Assembly (NCBI GenBank): GCA_963841755.1 | Contig: CAWJDX010000030.1 | Coordinates: forward strand, 78 to 64,077 | Source: an uncultured Candidatus Rokubacteria bacterium | Lineage (GTDB): Bacteria; Methylomirabilota; Methylomirabilia; Rokubacteriales; CSP1-6 | DNA: 64,000 nucleotides | Direction: 5' to 3' | Shown: piece after piece, positions 52,653-63,354 of the stretch | How positions within the stretch are numbered: the stretch's first letter is position 1 | How the letters are laid out: every line of letters begins with the position of its first letter | Position numbers and translations under genes: made by a program | The notes under the pieces: model-generated | The model's database searches: none | What the model was told of the DNA's origin: nothing | The model's input: the letters and a program-made list of their open reading frames with translations, nothing else

Positions 52653-54683
52653 TCAGGAGGCCGGGACGAGTCCCGTGCCCGGTTTCAGGTCGAAGAGCTC
52701 CCGCCGCCAGACCCGGCCGGGGACGCCGGGCGACTCGCTCCAGAGCGCCGGATCCACCGGCGCCCCGTTGGCGCGGATCCAGTCCGCGAGCGGACGCCCC
52801 GCCGACTCCGCGCCCATCAGGCGGCTCGCGATCGAGAGCTCGCCCAGCATCACGAAGCGCACCTCCCCCCCGGCCACGAGCCCAGCCAGGCGCTCGGGGG
52901 TCAGGATGGGGTCGAGGCCGTGGAAGCCGCCCATCGCCATCACCGGCAGGCCGGTGGCGACGATGACCGGGGAGGCCAGCTGCGCGCTCGGGGTGGCGAG
53001 CAGGAAGCGCTCGCCGTGGCGGTTGGCCTGGAGGAACGCGATCAGCTGACGGCGATCCGCGACCTCGCCCACGCGGACGCGGGCCCGCAGGGTCGGCGTC
53101 GGCGACGGCGAGCGGAGCCGGCCGATGTCGGCGGACGGGATCACCGCCACCCCGCGCACCAGCACGCTGCTGAGCGCCCACGCCGCCGGCATCACCAGCA
53201 GCGCGCCGAGCCCGACGCCCACCGCGATGCGCTCGGCAATACCGACTCCCGGCCGCTCGCCGCGGCGGAGCAAGCGCCCCAGGAGCACCGCGGCCGCGAG
53301 CACCACCGCGAGGAGCGCCCCGATCGGCAGCCGGCGCTGCCACTCGTCGGAGACCGCGGGGAGCCCGGCGGTGTGCACGTAGACCTGCCACATCGCGGTG
53401 ACCAGGAGGGCACCCGCGAGCGCCACCGCGGCCACGCGGCCGTCGCGGTAGCGCTGCCACAGGTCGATCACGCCGATCGCGGCCAGCGCGGCCAGCGGGG
53501 GCCCGAGCGTGGAGAGGTAGTAGAAGTGGAAGATCCCGCCCGCCGCGCTGTAGACGACCGCGTAGGTGAGCGTCCAGCCGATCCAGAGGAGCAGGCCGAG
53601 CTGCGCGGGCAGGAGCGGCGGCCGCGCGCGCCCCCGCCCGAGCCCGAGCGCGCCCACCAGGGCCAGCGGTAGCAGCCACTCCGCCTGCGCCGCGAGCAGG
53701 CCGTCGCCCAGGCGCAGCGGGCCCACCGGCGCGCGCACGAAGAGTCGCGCGTACCCTTCGGCCGGGCCCGCGGCCGGCGGCGCGCTCGCCCGCCGCCGCG
53801 CCGCCGTCTCGTCCGCGCGCGCCGTCCGTCCCGACTGCCAGAGCCGCACGAACCGACCGACGCCGTTGTGGCCCACCGCGAGATCGATCATGGAGTTCTG
53901 CGGGCTGCTGCCCACGAACGGGCGCCGGGCCGCGGGGGTGAGATCGTAGACGATCATCCACGGTAGCGACACCGCGGCGAGCACGAGGCCCCCGAGCGCC
54001 AGATCGACCAGGCGACGCCGCCACGGCCCCGCCGCGCCCAGCCAGTAGACCGCCGCGAACGTCGGCAGGACCACGAACGCGGCCAGCATCTTCACGTTGA
54101 AGCCGAGCCCGATCAGGGCCATGGCCAGCAGCAGGAAGCCGCGGTGACCGCGCTCGGCGGCCAGCAGGAGCGCCCAGGCCGCCAGCAGCACCACCAGCAC
54201 GAGGCCGGTGTCCGTGTTCCCGGAGCGGTCCACCGCGACCGCGATCGGCGTGAGGGCCAGGAAGAGCCCGGCCAGCAGGCCCGCGGCGGCGCCCCAGTGA
54301 CGTCGCACCAGGTGCGAGAGCACCGCCACCGCGGCCACGCCCTCGATCACCTGCGGCAGCAGCACCGCCGACGGCCGGAAGCCGAAGAGCTTCACGCTCG
54401 CCACCTGGATCCACAGCGCCAGCGGCGGCTTGTCGACGGAGACGAAGCCGGCCGGGTCGAAGGAGTTGTAGAAGAACGCGTGCCAGCTCGCCATCATGCT
54501 GCGCACCGCGGCCGCGTAGTACTCGTTGTCGAACCCGTTCTGGTCGAGCCGCCAGAGGCGCAGGCCCGCGGCCAGCGCGAGCACCCCGACCTGGGCGACG
54601 ATCCCCCAGAGCGCTCGCGACCCGGACCGCGCGGCCTCGGTGGGCGCGACGTCGAATGGAACGGGGGGCTCGCTAGGATCCAT
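52653..54683 (-). CDS. ArnT/PMT-like GT-C membrane glycosyltransferase
   Basis: NEYYAAAVRSM, VDKPPLALW, R.GNTD, GFNVKML, PVMAMGGF.G.DP. Confidence 0.85.
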   Translation of the reverse strand: MDPSEPPVPFDVAPTEAARSGSRALWGIVAQVGVLALAAGLRLWRLDQNGFDNEYYAAAVRSMMASWHAFFYNSFDPAGFVSVDKPPLALWIQVASVKLFGFRPSAVLLPQVIEGVAAVAVLSHLVRRHWGAAAGLLAGLFLALTPIAVAVDRSGNTDTGLVLVVLLAAWALLLAAERGHRGFLLLAMALIGLGFNVKMLAAFVVLPTFAAVYWLGAAGPWRRRLVDLALGGLVLAAVSLPWMIVYDLTPAARRPFVGSSPQNSMIDLAVGHNGVGRFVRLWQSGRTARADETAARRRASAPPAAGPAEGYARLFVRAPVGPLRLGDGLLAAQAEWLLPLALVGALGLGRGRARPPLLPAQLGLLLWIGWTLTYAVVYSAAGGIFHFYYLSTLGPPLAALAAIGVIDLWQRYRDGRVAAVALAGALLVTAMWQVYVHTAGLPAVSDEWQRRLPIGALLAVVLAAAVLLGRLLRRGERPGVGIAERIAVGVGLGALLVMPAAWALSSVLVRGVAVIPSADIGRLRSPSPTPTLRARVRVGEVADRRQLIAFLQANRHGERFLLATPSAQLASPVIVATGLPVMAMGGFHGLDPILTPERLAGLVAGGEVRFVMLGELSIASRLMGAESAGRPLADWIRANGAPVDPALWSESPGVPGRVWRRELFDLKPGTGLVPAS

Positions 54684-57004
54684 GGCGTCGAACGAGATCG
54701 GCGGGCAGGATCGGCAGCCCGGTCACCGCCACCCCGATCGGCTTGACCGCGTCGGCCACCGCGTTGGCGATGGCGGCGGGCGCGCCGATGGTGCCGCCCT
54801 CGCCCATGCCCTTGAAGCCGCCGGGGGTGAGCGGCGAGGGCGTCTCGAGATGGCCGATCGTGAACGCGGGCAGCATCGCCGCGGTCGGCAGCGGGTAGTC
54901 CATCAGGGTGCCGGTCAGGAGCTGGCCGCTCTCGTCGTACACCAGCCGCTCGCCGAGCGCCTCGCCGATCCCCTGGGCGACCGCGCCGTGGATCTGCCCC
55001 TCGACGATCATCGGGTTGATCACCGGCCCGCAGTCCTCGACCACCGTGTACTCGCGCACCGTGACCCGGCCGGTCTCCGGATCGACCTCCACCGAGGCGA
55101 CGTGAACCGCGCCGGAGAACGTGGGCCCCGGAGGATCGAAGCGCTGGGTCGCGGCGAGCCGGGCGCCCCCGCCGTCGGTCGCGTGAGCCCGGCGTGCCAC
55201 CTCGGCCACCGTCATGCCGCGATCGGGCACGCCGCGCACGTGCACCATGCCGTCGGCCAGCACCAGGTCCGCCGGGCTCGCCTCGAGCAGCCCGCCCGCC
55301 GCGGTCAGCAGCGCGCCGCGCACGGTGACGGCCGCCGCGTCGGCCGCGCCGCTCTGGGCAATGGCGCCCCGGCTCGCGAAGGTGCCGGTGCCGGGCGGCG
55401 CCTCGTCGGTGTCGGGCTGACGCACCGTCACCGCCTCGAGCGGCACGCCGAGCTGGTCGGCCACGAGCTGCGCGGTGGTGGTGGCGTGCCCCTGGCCCTG
55501 CGAGGGAAACGACACGAGGCAGGTCACTCCCCCGTCGGCCTCCACGCGCACCGTCGCCGCCTCCGGCCCCGGGATGTCGACCATTCCACGCCGGCGATAG
55601 GTCTCGGAGCCGATCCCGGTGTACTCGGTGTAGCACGCCAGCCCGACCCCGAGCAGCCGCCCGCGCGCGCGTCCGTCCTCGCGCTCGCGCACCAGTCGCT
55701 CGTAGCCGGCCAGGGTCAAGGCGGCCTCGAGCGCCTTGGGATAGTCCCCGCTGTCGTAGACGAAGCCGGTGGCGGAGGTGAACGGATAGGCGTCGCGCGG
55801 GATCAGGTTGCGCTGGCGGACGAGGCCGGGATCGAGCCCGAGCCGATCCGCGAGCAGGTCGAGGGTGCGCTCCATCACGAAGGCGCCCATGGTCATGCCC
55901 ACCCCGCGGTAGGCGCCGAGCGGCGGCTTGTTGGTGGCGAGCGCGGTGATCTCGAAGGCGTAGGCCGGCGTGCGATAGGGACCCGGCAGGATCGACGCGG
56001 CGCCGAGCGCCTCGAGCGCGCCGGTCAGCGGGTAGACGTGGTACGCGCCCACGTCGGAGACGAGCCTCGCCCGCAGCGCGCGCAGCGTGCCGTCGGCGTC
56101 CGCGGCGGCCTCGATCTCCACGCGCTGCTCGCGCGCCTGCGTCGCGGCGGCCAGGTTCTCGCGCCGGGTCTCGACCCACTTCACGGGCCGACCCGCGTGC
56201 CGGGCGAGCGCGGCCACCGCCAGGTCCTCGGGCATGAGGTGCATCTTCTGGCCGAAGCCGCCTCCGGTGTCCGGGACGATGACCCGCACGCGCGACTCGG
56301 GCAGCCCGAAGGCGCGGGCCACCCCGGTGCGGAAGACGTGGGGCACCTGCGTCCCGGTCCAGAGGGTGAGCCCGCCGTCCTCCCACCGCGCGACCAGCCC
56401 CCGGCCCTCGAGCGGCGAGGCCGAGCAGCGCGCGTGGGTGAAGGTCTCGCGCACGATCACCGGCGCGGCCGCGAAGGCGCCGTCGACGTCGCCCCGGCGG
56501 TCGCTCCGCGCGAACAGCACGTTGGATGGCCGCTCCGGATGCAGGCGCGGCGCGTCCGGCGCGACCGCGGCCGCCACGTCCGCCACCGCGGGCAGCGGCT
56601 CGTAGTCGACCTCGACGGCCGCCGGCGCCGTCCACCGCCGCGTAGGGGCTCTCCGCCGCGACGACCGCCACCGGCTCGCCGACGAAGCGCGCCCGCGCGG
56701 CCGCGAGCGCGGGCCACGCGGTGGGAACGAAGCCGGGCGCCTCGAGCCGAGGGGCGAGCGGCGCCACCTCGCCCTCGAGATCGCGGCCGGTCAGCACCCG
56801 GACCACGCCCGGGACTCGACGCGCGGCCTCCGCATCCACCGCGCGGACGATGGCGTGCGCGTGGGTGCTGCGGACGAAGGCCGCGTGCAGCAGCCCGGGA
56901 AGCGTGATGTCGTCGAGGAAACGCCCCTGCCCGGCCAGGAGACGGGAGTCCTCGAGGCGCTTGACGTGGGCGCCCAGGTAGCGGGGAGGCGGAGGAGCGC
57001 TCAC
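54673..57004 (-). CDS. Xanthine dehydrogenase/CoxL-like molybdoprotein large subunit; frameshift near 56625
   Basis: REDSRLL.GQGRF.DD-like N-term, RSTHAHA, GGGFGQK, AYRGVG, QGQGH.TT, GTFASR, EGQIHG, KGMGEGG. Confidence 0.88.
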
Positions 57005-57011
57005 TCGCCCG

Positions 57012-58187
57012 TCACGGCCTGGCCACGCGCGGCAGCACCTCGTTCGCCAGCAGCTCGAGCTGCTCCACGCTCCAGTCGAGCGGATTGAGCACGATGTGCT
57101 CGCAGCCGCCCAGATTGGCGACCTTGGCGCGAATCTTCTCGGCCAGCTCCTCGGCTTCGCCCAGGAGATAGAACTCGCGCCAGTAGGGCAGATCCATCCC
57201 CGAGAAGGTCTTGAAGTGGGGGATCGCGCTCTCCGGCTTCTGCCCCTTCCGGAGCACCCAGACGAAGTTCGAGTACACCTTGCTCATGTCGCCGGGACGC
57301 CGGCCGAAGTCGCCCATGAAGCGCTGGATCTTCTCCCAGTCGCCCTTGACCATGTCGGCGGTGGCCGAGGAGTGCGGCACCCAGGTCTTCGCGTACTTGG
57401 CGATGCGCCGCAGCACCGGGTCGATGTTGGTGACGGTCTGCCCGTAGACCTTCTCGAAGGGCTGGCTGCCCCCGCCGATCCAGATGGGCGGGTGCGGCTT
57501 CTGGAGCGGCTTCGGATCGATGGTGAGGTCGCGGAACTTGTAGTACTTGCCGTCGTAGCTCACCCGATCGCCGGCCCAGAGCGCGGTGACCGCCTCCAGC
57601 ATCTCGTCCATGCGCCGGCCGCGCTCCTTGTGCGGCACGCCCATGAGCCCGAACTCCTCCTCGTGCCAGCCCACGCCCACGCCCAGGATGCTGCGGCCGC
57701 CCGATACGAGATCGAGCGTGGCCCACTCCTTCGCGAAGTAGGCCGGGTTGCGGAGCGGCAGCACCAGCACCATGGTGCCGAGCTTGATGGTGCGGGTCAC
57801 CCCGGCCAGGGCCGCGAGCAGCGCCACCGGCTCGAGCCAGGTGCACGCGTAGGCGGGCGGGGTCAGCAGGAGGTGGTCGATCGACACCGCGGAGTCGAAG
57901 CCCAGGTCCTCCGCGCGCCGCAGGTACGCGCCCATCTCGGCGAGCGTCGCGGTGCGGGCGCCGAGGGCGAAGCTCGGGAGGCGGAGGCCGAACTTGATGG
58001 GGCTGGCTGCGAGGGGGGGGTTGGCGTTGCGGCTTCTCCTCGCTTCTGGGGGCGCGGGGGTGCGGCTAGTCCCACTGCTCTTTTTTGAGCGCGCTGTCGT
58101 GCCGCCACCGGGACTTCTCTTTTTTGAGCGCTTTGTGGCGATCTTCCTCGCGCGGCGATTGGGCCTCTTCGCGCCTTTGGCGCTCAT
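57012..58187 (-). CDS. LLM-class flavin/F420-dependent oxidoreductase with basic N-terminal extension
   Basis: RAEDLGFDS..SIDH, IKLGTMVLVLPLRNP, ATLDLVSGGR, GVGW..EEF, PKPLQKPHPPIWIGG. Confidence 0.9.
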   Translation of the reverse strand: MSAKGAKRPNRRARKIATKRSKKRSPGGGTTARSKKSSGTSRTPAPPEARRSRNANPPLAASPIKFGLRLPSFALGARTATLAEMGAYLRRAEDLGFDSAVSIDHLLLTPPAYACTWLEPVALLAALAGVTRTIKLGTMVLVLPLRNPAYFAKEWATLDLVSGGRSILGVGVGWHEEEFGLMGVPHKERGRRMDEMLEAVTALWAGDRVSYDGKYYKFRDLTIDPKPLQKPHPPIWIGGGSQPFEKVYGQTVTNIDPVLRRIAKYAKTWVPHSSATADMVKGDWEKIQRFMGDFGRRPGDMSKVYSNFVWVLRKGQKPESAIPHFKTFSGMDLPYWREFYLLGEAEELAEKIRAKVANLGGCEHIVLNPLDWSVEQLELLANEVLPRVARP

Positions 58188-58753
58188 CGGAGACCGTCTT
58201 CTTTCTTGGCGTCGGCGACGGTCAGTCCGCCGACGCGGGCGTGGGGGCGGCCGCCGTCGGTGACGACGAGGGCGACCAGGATCTCGGTCGCGCGGGGCGC
58301 GTCGTTGAGGCGCACCTCCATCGCGTCGAAGTGGGTGCGGACGAAGGCCGCGTCCTTGAAGTGGAGCGGGACGTCGATGGTGGTGCCGGGTCCGCCCAGC
58401 TTCTTGGCGGAAGGAATGATCGCCTTGCCCCCGTGCACCAGGGCCCGGAACGGCGTGCCGAGGGTGGGGTGCAGGATGGCGGCGGCGTGCTCGTACTCGC
58501 CGTCCACGCCCACGATGGCCGCCTTGCCGTAGGAGTGCACCGCGCTCCCCAGGGCCATCACCGCGCGGCGGCCGAGCAGGTCGCCCAGCTCCTCGCCGGT
58601 CTTGATCAGCTCCTGCAGGTCGTCCACGAAGCGGCCCGCGAACGGGTTCTCGATCACCGCCACCGCGGCCACCTTGCGGAGCGGCTTCTCGAGACGCCGG
58701 CCGCCGTCCTCCTGGATCTCCTCGATCACCGTCGCCAGCTTGCGGATCTTCAT
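58184..58753 (-). CDS. DUF1185 / 'amino acid synthesis' family protein
   Basis: AAVAVIENPFAGRFV.DL, SYGKAAIVG..GEYEH.AA, DVPLHFK.AAFVR.HFD. Confidence 0.88.
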   Translation of the reverse strand: MKIRKLATVIEEIQEDGGRRLEKPLRKVAAVAVIENPFAGRFVDDLQELIKTGEELGDLLGRRAVMALGSAVHSYGKAAIVGVDGEYEHAAAILHPTLGTPFRALVHGGKAIIPSAKKLGGPGTTIDVPLHFKDAAFVRTHFDAMEVRLNDAPRATEILVALVVTDGGRPHARVGGLTVADAKKEDGLR

Positions 58754-59929
58754 CAGTGCCCTCCTGCGGCGGGGCCCTGGCCTCGGACCACTTCCGCCGC
58801 GCGCGTGGCGGGCGGGGTGTTGCGGCTCCGCCCGATCTTGATCTGCCCGTCGATGAGGATCATGGAGACCCCGAAGAGGTCGCCCACCTGGAGCGCCTCG
58901 AGCGCGGTCCGGCCCTGCGAGCCGATCGGGGCGTCCACGATGCAGAGGTCCGCATCGCGCCCCGGCGCGATCACGCCGGTCGACAGCTTGTAGACCCGCG
59001 CGGTGTTGCCGGTGGCCATGCAGATCGCCTCCTCGGGCGCGACCCCGCCCAGCGAGACCAGGTGGGCGAGCACGCGCAGGATGCCGAGCGGCACCACCCC
59101 GGTGCCGGACGGCGCGTCGAGCCCGATGATGATGCGGTCGGTCGCGCTTCGCCTCGCGGGCGCGGCGGAGGGTGTGGAGCGCGGCCTTGCCGTTGCCGCA
59201 GTGGACGATCTCGAGCGCCATCCGGGTCGCCACCAGGGCGTCGATCTCGCGCTCGCTCATCGCGGTGGTGCCGCCGTTGATGTGGCCGACCACGTCCGGG
59301 TCGGCCTCCAGCACCACCTCCCCGCTGATCGCGTTCGAGCCCGCGATCGACGGCCCGCCGGTGTGGATGGTCACGGTCATGCCGTGCTTCTTGGCCCACT
59401 TCACCATCGGGGCCGCGTCCTTGCCGGTCCGCACCGAGCCGAGGCCGATCTCGCCCACCAGCTTGACCCCGGCGCGCGCCATCTCCGCGAAGTCCTCCTC
59501 CACCATGCCGAGCTCCAGGATCGGCGCCCCCGCGTGCATCTTCACCCCGGCCGGCCGCTGGTTGGCGTAGGACTTCGCGGCCACGATCGCCAGGGCCTTG
59601 AGCCCCACGATGTCCTTGGGCCGCCCGGGCAGGTGCACCTCGCCGGCCGAGATCATCGTGGTGATGCCCCCGTTGAGGCCGGACTCGATGAAGTCGATCG
59701 TGCGCTGGCGCGGCGTGAAGTCGCCGAACACCGGATGGCAGTGCGAGTCGATGAGGCCCGGCACCACCGTGCTGCCCCGGGCGTCGATGACGGTGTCCGC
59801 GTCGTCGTCGAGGCCCCGCCCCACCGCCACGATCTTGCCGTCGGCGGCCACGATCGAGTCGCCGTCGAGCAGCGGCTTCGCGATGTCCCCCGACACGATC
59901 TGCCCGATGTTCCTGATCAGCACTTTCAA
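58753..59929 (-). CDS. Enamidase-like amidohydrolase; frameshift near 59150
   Basis: PGLIDSHCHPVFGDFTPRQ, SAGEVHLPGRP.D..G.KALAI, GEIGLG, HTGGPSI, HINGG, PSGTGVVPLG; GGAGG-5nt-TTG start. Confidence 0.85.
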
Positions 59930-59951
59930 TGGTGCCTCCGGCCTCCTCATT

Positions 59952-59987
59952 CCCCTCTCCCCTCAGGGGAGAGGGCAGGGTGAGGGG
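59952..59987 (-). repeat. BoxC/REP-like palindrome
   Basis: CCCCTCACCCTGCCCTCTCCCC-TGA-GGGGAGAGGGG on the minus strand. Confidence 0.8.
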
Positions 59988-60008
59988 TGGTTCCCGCTCA
60001 CCGACAAC

Positions 60009-60698
60009 TCACACGGTCAGATACTTCCGCCTCAGTCCCTCGTCCCCCATCAGCGCCGCCATCGGCCCTTCGAAGCGGATCTCCCCCTTCTCGATGATGT
60101 AGGCCCGGTCGGCCAGCCGCGCCGCGAACTTGAGATTCTGCTCCGAGAGCAGGATCGTCAAGCCCTCCCGCTTGAGCGCCGCGATCTGGTCCCCGAGCGC
60201 GCGCACGATCACCGGGGCCAGGCCCTCCGACGGCTCGTCGAGGAGCAGCACCCGCGGGTTGCCCATCAGGGTGCGGGCCACCGTGAGCATCTGCTGCTCG
60301 CCGCCCGAGAGGCTGCCGGCCCGGCGGCCCGCCATCTCCCGGAGCTTGGGGAAGAACTCGTAGACCCGGGCCGTGCCCCAGGCTCCCCCGCCCTTCTGAC
60401 CCACCAGGAGGTTCTCCGCGACGGTCAGGTCGCTGAAGATGCGCCGCTCCTCGGGCACGTAGCCCACCCCGAGGCGGCTGATCTCGTGGGTCGGGCGCCG
60501 CGTGATCTCGCGGCCGTCGAAGCGGATGCGGCCGCCGGTGACCTCGACCAGCCCCACGATCGACTTGAGCGTGGTCGACTTCCCGGCCCCGTTCCGGCCG
60601 AGGAGCGAGACCACCTCCCCCGCCTCCGCCCGCAGGCTCACCCCGTGCAGCACCTGGGAGAGGCCGTAGCCGCCCTGCACCGCCTCCAGCTCGAGCAT
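60009..60698 (-). CDS. livF: Branched-chain-type ABC transporter ATPase
   Basis: GRNGAGKST, YVPEERRIF, LSGGEQQML, LDEPSEGLAP, EQN. Confidence 0.92.
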   Translation of the reverse strand: MLELEAVQGGYGLSQVLHGVSLRAEAGEVVSLLGRNGAGKSTTLKSIVGLVEVTGGRIRFDGREITRRPTHEISRLGVGYVPEERRIFSDLTVAENLLVGQKGGGAWGTARVYEFFPKLREMAGRRAGSLSGGEQQMLTVARTLMGNPRVLLLDEPSEGLAPVIVRALGDQIAALKREGLTILLSEQNLKFAARLADRAYIIEKGEIRFEGPMAALMGDEGLRRKYLTV

Positions 60699-61459
60699 CA
60701 CGCCTCCTCGCCCAGGTACACGCGCTGCACCTGCGCGTCCGCGCGCACCTCGGCGGGGCGCCCCTCCGCGATCACCCGGCCCTGGTGGAGCACCATGATG
60801 CGGTCGGCGACCGCGAAGACCACGTCCATGTCGTGCTCGGTGAAGAGCACGGTGAGCCCGCGCGCCCGCGCGATGCGCTCGGTGAGGGCCATGAGGGCCC
60901 CGCGCTCGGCGGGGGCCATGCCCGCGGTGGGCTCGTCGAGCAGGAGCACCTCGGGGTCGTTGGCGAGCGCCACCGCCAGCTCGAGCTTCTTGAGATCGCC
61001 GTACGCCAGGACCGCGGCGACCCGGTCCGCCTGGTCGACCAGGCCCACCTGGTCGAGCAGCGCGCGCGCCTCGTCGGCCTGCAGACGGGCGGCCGCCTCC
61101 AGGAGGGAATAGGTCTTGCCCGCGTGCGAGAGGCGGGCGACCCGCACGTTGTCGAGCGCGGAGAGCGTGGCGAAGGTGGCGGTGATCTGGAACGTCCGGC
61201 TCACCCCGCGACGCCAGACCGCGTACGGCGGCAGCCCGCTGAGCCGCTCGCCCTTGAAGAGCACCGATCCCGCGTCGGCCCGGAGCTGGCCGGTGAGCAT
61301 GTTGAAGAACGTGGTCTTGCCGGCCCCGTTGGGGCCGATCAGGGCGCGGATCTCCCCCTTCGGCATCGCGAGGTCGACCGAGCTGACCGCCCGGACCCCG
61401 CCGAAGGACTTGGAGAGCCCGCGCGTCTCCAGCACCGGCCCCGTCCCGGGCCCGCTCAC
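60698..61459 (-). CDS. livG: Branched-chain-type ABC transporter ATPase
   Basis: KSFGG, IGPNGAGKTT, SRTFQ, LAYG..K.LE, LDEPTAGM, EHDM. Confidence 0.92.
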   Translation of the reverse strand: MSGPGTGPVLETRGLSKSFGGVRAVSSVDLAMPKGEIRALIGPNGAGKTTFFNMLTGQLRADAGSVLFKGERLSGLPPYAVWRRGVSRTFQITATFATLSALDNVRVARLSHAGKTYSLLEAAARLQADEARALLDQVGLVDQADRVAAVLAYGDLKKLELAVALANDPEVLLLDEPTAGMAPAERGALMALTERIARARGLTVLFTEHDMDVVFAVADRIMVLHQGRVIAEGRPAEVRADAQVQRVYLGEEA

Positions 61460-63282
61460 GGTCGCCGGCCGTCGAGCACGCCCGCGATGCCCCGCGGGAA
61501 CGCGAGCACCAGCACCACCAGGATCGCGCCCAGCACGAGCTGCCAGTAGTCGGTGTAGCGCGTGATCACGGTGTCGAGCAGCTTGTAGACCGCCGCGCCG
61601 ATGAGCGGACCCGAGGGCGACGCGATGCCGCCCAGGAGCACCATCACCAGCGGCTGCACCGACATCGGCGACTCGGTGTAGACCGGGAACACGCTGCCCT
61701 TGAGGAACGCGAAGACCGCCCCGCCGATCCCGGCCACGAAGCCCGCCACCACGAACGCGGTCCACTGCAGCGCCCGGATGTTCACCCCCAGCGCCTCGGC
61801 GCGCCGGGCGTGATCGCGGGCCGCGCGCAGGGTGAGCCCGAAGGGCGAGGCCGCGACCCGGCGCAGCAGCACGATGCCGGCCACGGTGGCCACCAGGGCC
61901 CAGTAGTAGTAGCGGCCGGGAGTCGCGAGCCAGGACGCGGGCCAGACGCTCAGCACCCCGTTGTCCCCGCCGGTGACGTCGTCCCACTGGTGGACGATCG
62001 CGTAGACGATCTGGGCGAAGGCCAGGGTGAGCATCGCGAAGTAGATGCTGGTGAGCCGCACGCAGAAGTAGCCGAAGACGGCGGCGGCGAGCGCGGCCAC
62101 CAGCGGGGCCACCACGAAGGCGGCCGGCATGGGCAGGCCCGCGAGCTTGAGGAGGAGCGCGGCCCCGTAGGCGCCGAGGCCGAAGTAGGCCGCGTGCCCG
62201 AACGACACCATGCCGCCCACCGCCATCAGCAGGTGCAGGCTCGCCGCGAAGAGCGCGAACGCGAAGATCTCCACCGCGATCGAGATCCAGAAGGTCGGCA
62301 GGGCGAGCGGCAGGGCGGCCAGGATCACGAGGGCCGCGACCGTCCAGCCGGGGTGGAGGCTCAGCGCCGGGCGGTCGGCCACCACCCCGCTGCCCGGCGG
62401 CCGGAGCTGGATCTCGGGGCGGCCGAGCAGACCCCACGGCCGCACCACCAGCACCACCGCCATCACCACGAAGATGAGCACGATGGCGGCCTTCGGCAGC
62501 AGCAGCACCCCGTAGGCGTTGAGCACCCCGATCAGCAGCGAGGCCAGCAGCGCGCCCCACACCGAGCCCATGCCCCCGATCACCACCACCACGAAGGCCT
62601 CCACGATCACCGAGGTGTCCATCACGGTGGTGAGGGCCAGCCGCGGCACCTGGAGCGCGCCGCCGAGCCCGGCCAGGAACGAGCCGAGCACGAAGACGGA
62701 CGTGAAGAGCCGCGACTGGTCGACGCCGAGCGCGGCCACCATCTCGCGGTCCTGGGTGGCCGCGCGGATCAGCACGCCCCAGCGGGTGCGGTGGAAGAGC
62801 AGCCAGAGGCCGAGGGCCACCAGCGGCCCGAACAGGATGATCGCCAGGTCGTAGGAGGGGAAGAGCTGGCCCGCGATCGGCACCGAGCCGGCCAGCCCCG
62901 GCGCGGCGGGGCCGGTCTTGTTGTCGGCGCCCCAGAGGTAGCGCACGAGGTCGGCGGTCACCAGGACGAGCGCGAAGGTGAGCAGGAGCTGGTAGAGCTC
63001 GGGCGCGCGGTAGACGCGGCGGAGGAGCAGCACCTCCACCAGCCCCCCGATCGCGGCCACCGCCAGCGCGGCGAGGAGCGCGGCCAGGTAGAAGGCGGCG
63101 GGGCCGCCCGGCAGCGTCGCGGCGAGGGAATAGGTCAGGTAGGCGGCCAGCATGTAGAAGGAGCCGTGCGCGAAGTTGACGATGCGGGTGACGCCGAAGA
63201 TGAGCGAGAGGCCCGACGCGATGAGGAACAGGAACATCGCGTTCGCGAGCCCGCTGAGGAGCTGCACGAGGAGGAGGGACAT
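61456..63282 (-). CDS. Fused LivH-LivM ABC permease
   Basis: GLSLIFGV..IVNFAHG (LivH) and GMVSFGHAAYFGLGAY...YFAMLTLAF...TGGDNG (LivM) in one frame. Confidence 0.9.
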   Translation of the reverse strand: MSLLLVQLLSGLANAMFLFLIASGLSLIFGVTRIVNFAHGSFYMLAAYLTYSLAATLPGGPAAFYLAALLAALAVAAIGGLVEVLLLRRVYRAPELYQLLLTFALVLVTADLVRYLWGADNKTGPAAPGLAGSVPIAGQLFPSYDLAIILFGPLVALGLWLLFHRTRWGVLIRAATQDREMVAALGVDQSRLFTSVFVLGSFLAGLGGALQVPRLALTTVMDTSVIVEAFVVVVIGGMGSVWGALLASLLIGVLNAYGVLLLPKAAIVLIFVVMAVVLVVRPWGLLGRPEIQLRPPGSGVVADRPALSLHPGWTVAALVILAALPLALPTFWISIAVEIFAFALFAASLHLLMAVGGMVSFGHAAYFGLGAYGAALLLKLAGLPMPAAFVVAPLVAALAAAVFGYFCVRLTSIYFAMLTLAFAQIVYAIVHQWDDVTGGDNGVLSVWPASWLATPGRYYYWALVATVAGIVLLRRVAASPFGLTLRAARDHARRAEALGVNIRALQWTAFVVAGFVAGIGGAVFAFLKGSVFPVYTESPMSVQPLVMVLLGGIASPSGPLIGAAVYKLLDTVITRYTDYWQLVLGAILVVLVLAFPRGIAGVLDGRRP

Positions 63283-63294
63283 GCGATCGAAGGT

Positions 63295-63332
63295 CCCCTC
63301 ACCCTGCCCTCTCCCCCGCGGCGGGGGAGAGG
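63295..63332 (+). repeat. BoxC/REP-like palindrome
   Basis: CCCCTCACCCTGCCCTCTCCCCCGCGGCGGGGGAGAGGG. Confidence 0.8.
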
Positions 63333-63354
63333 GTGATCACGAGGGGTGGGGCGC

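Noticed and set aside
54673-57004. Aerobic CO dehydrogenase (CoxL plus the coxG at 10591)
   Set aside because: The active-site loop reads AYRGVG, not AYxCSFR. No coxM/coxS are adjacent and coxG is 44 kb away.
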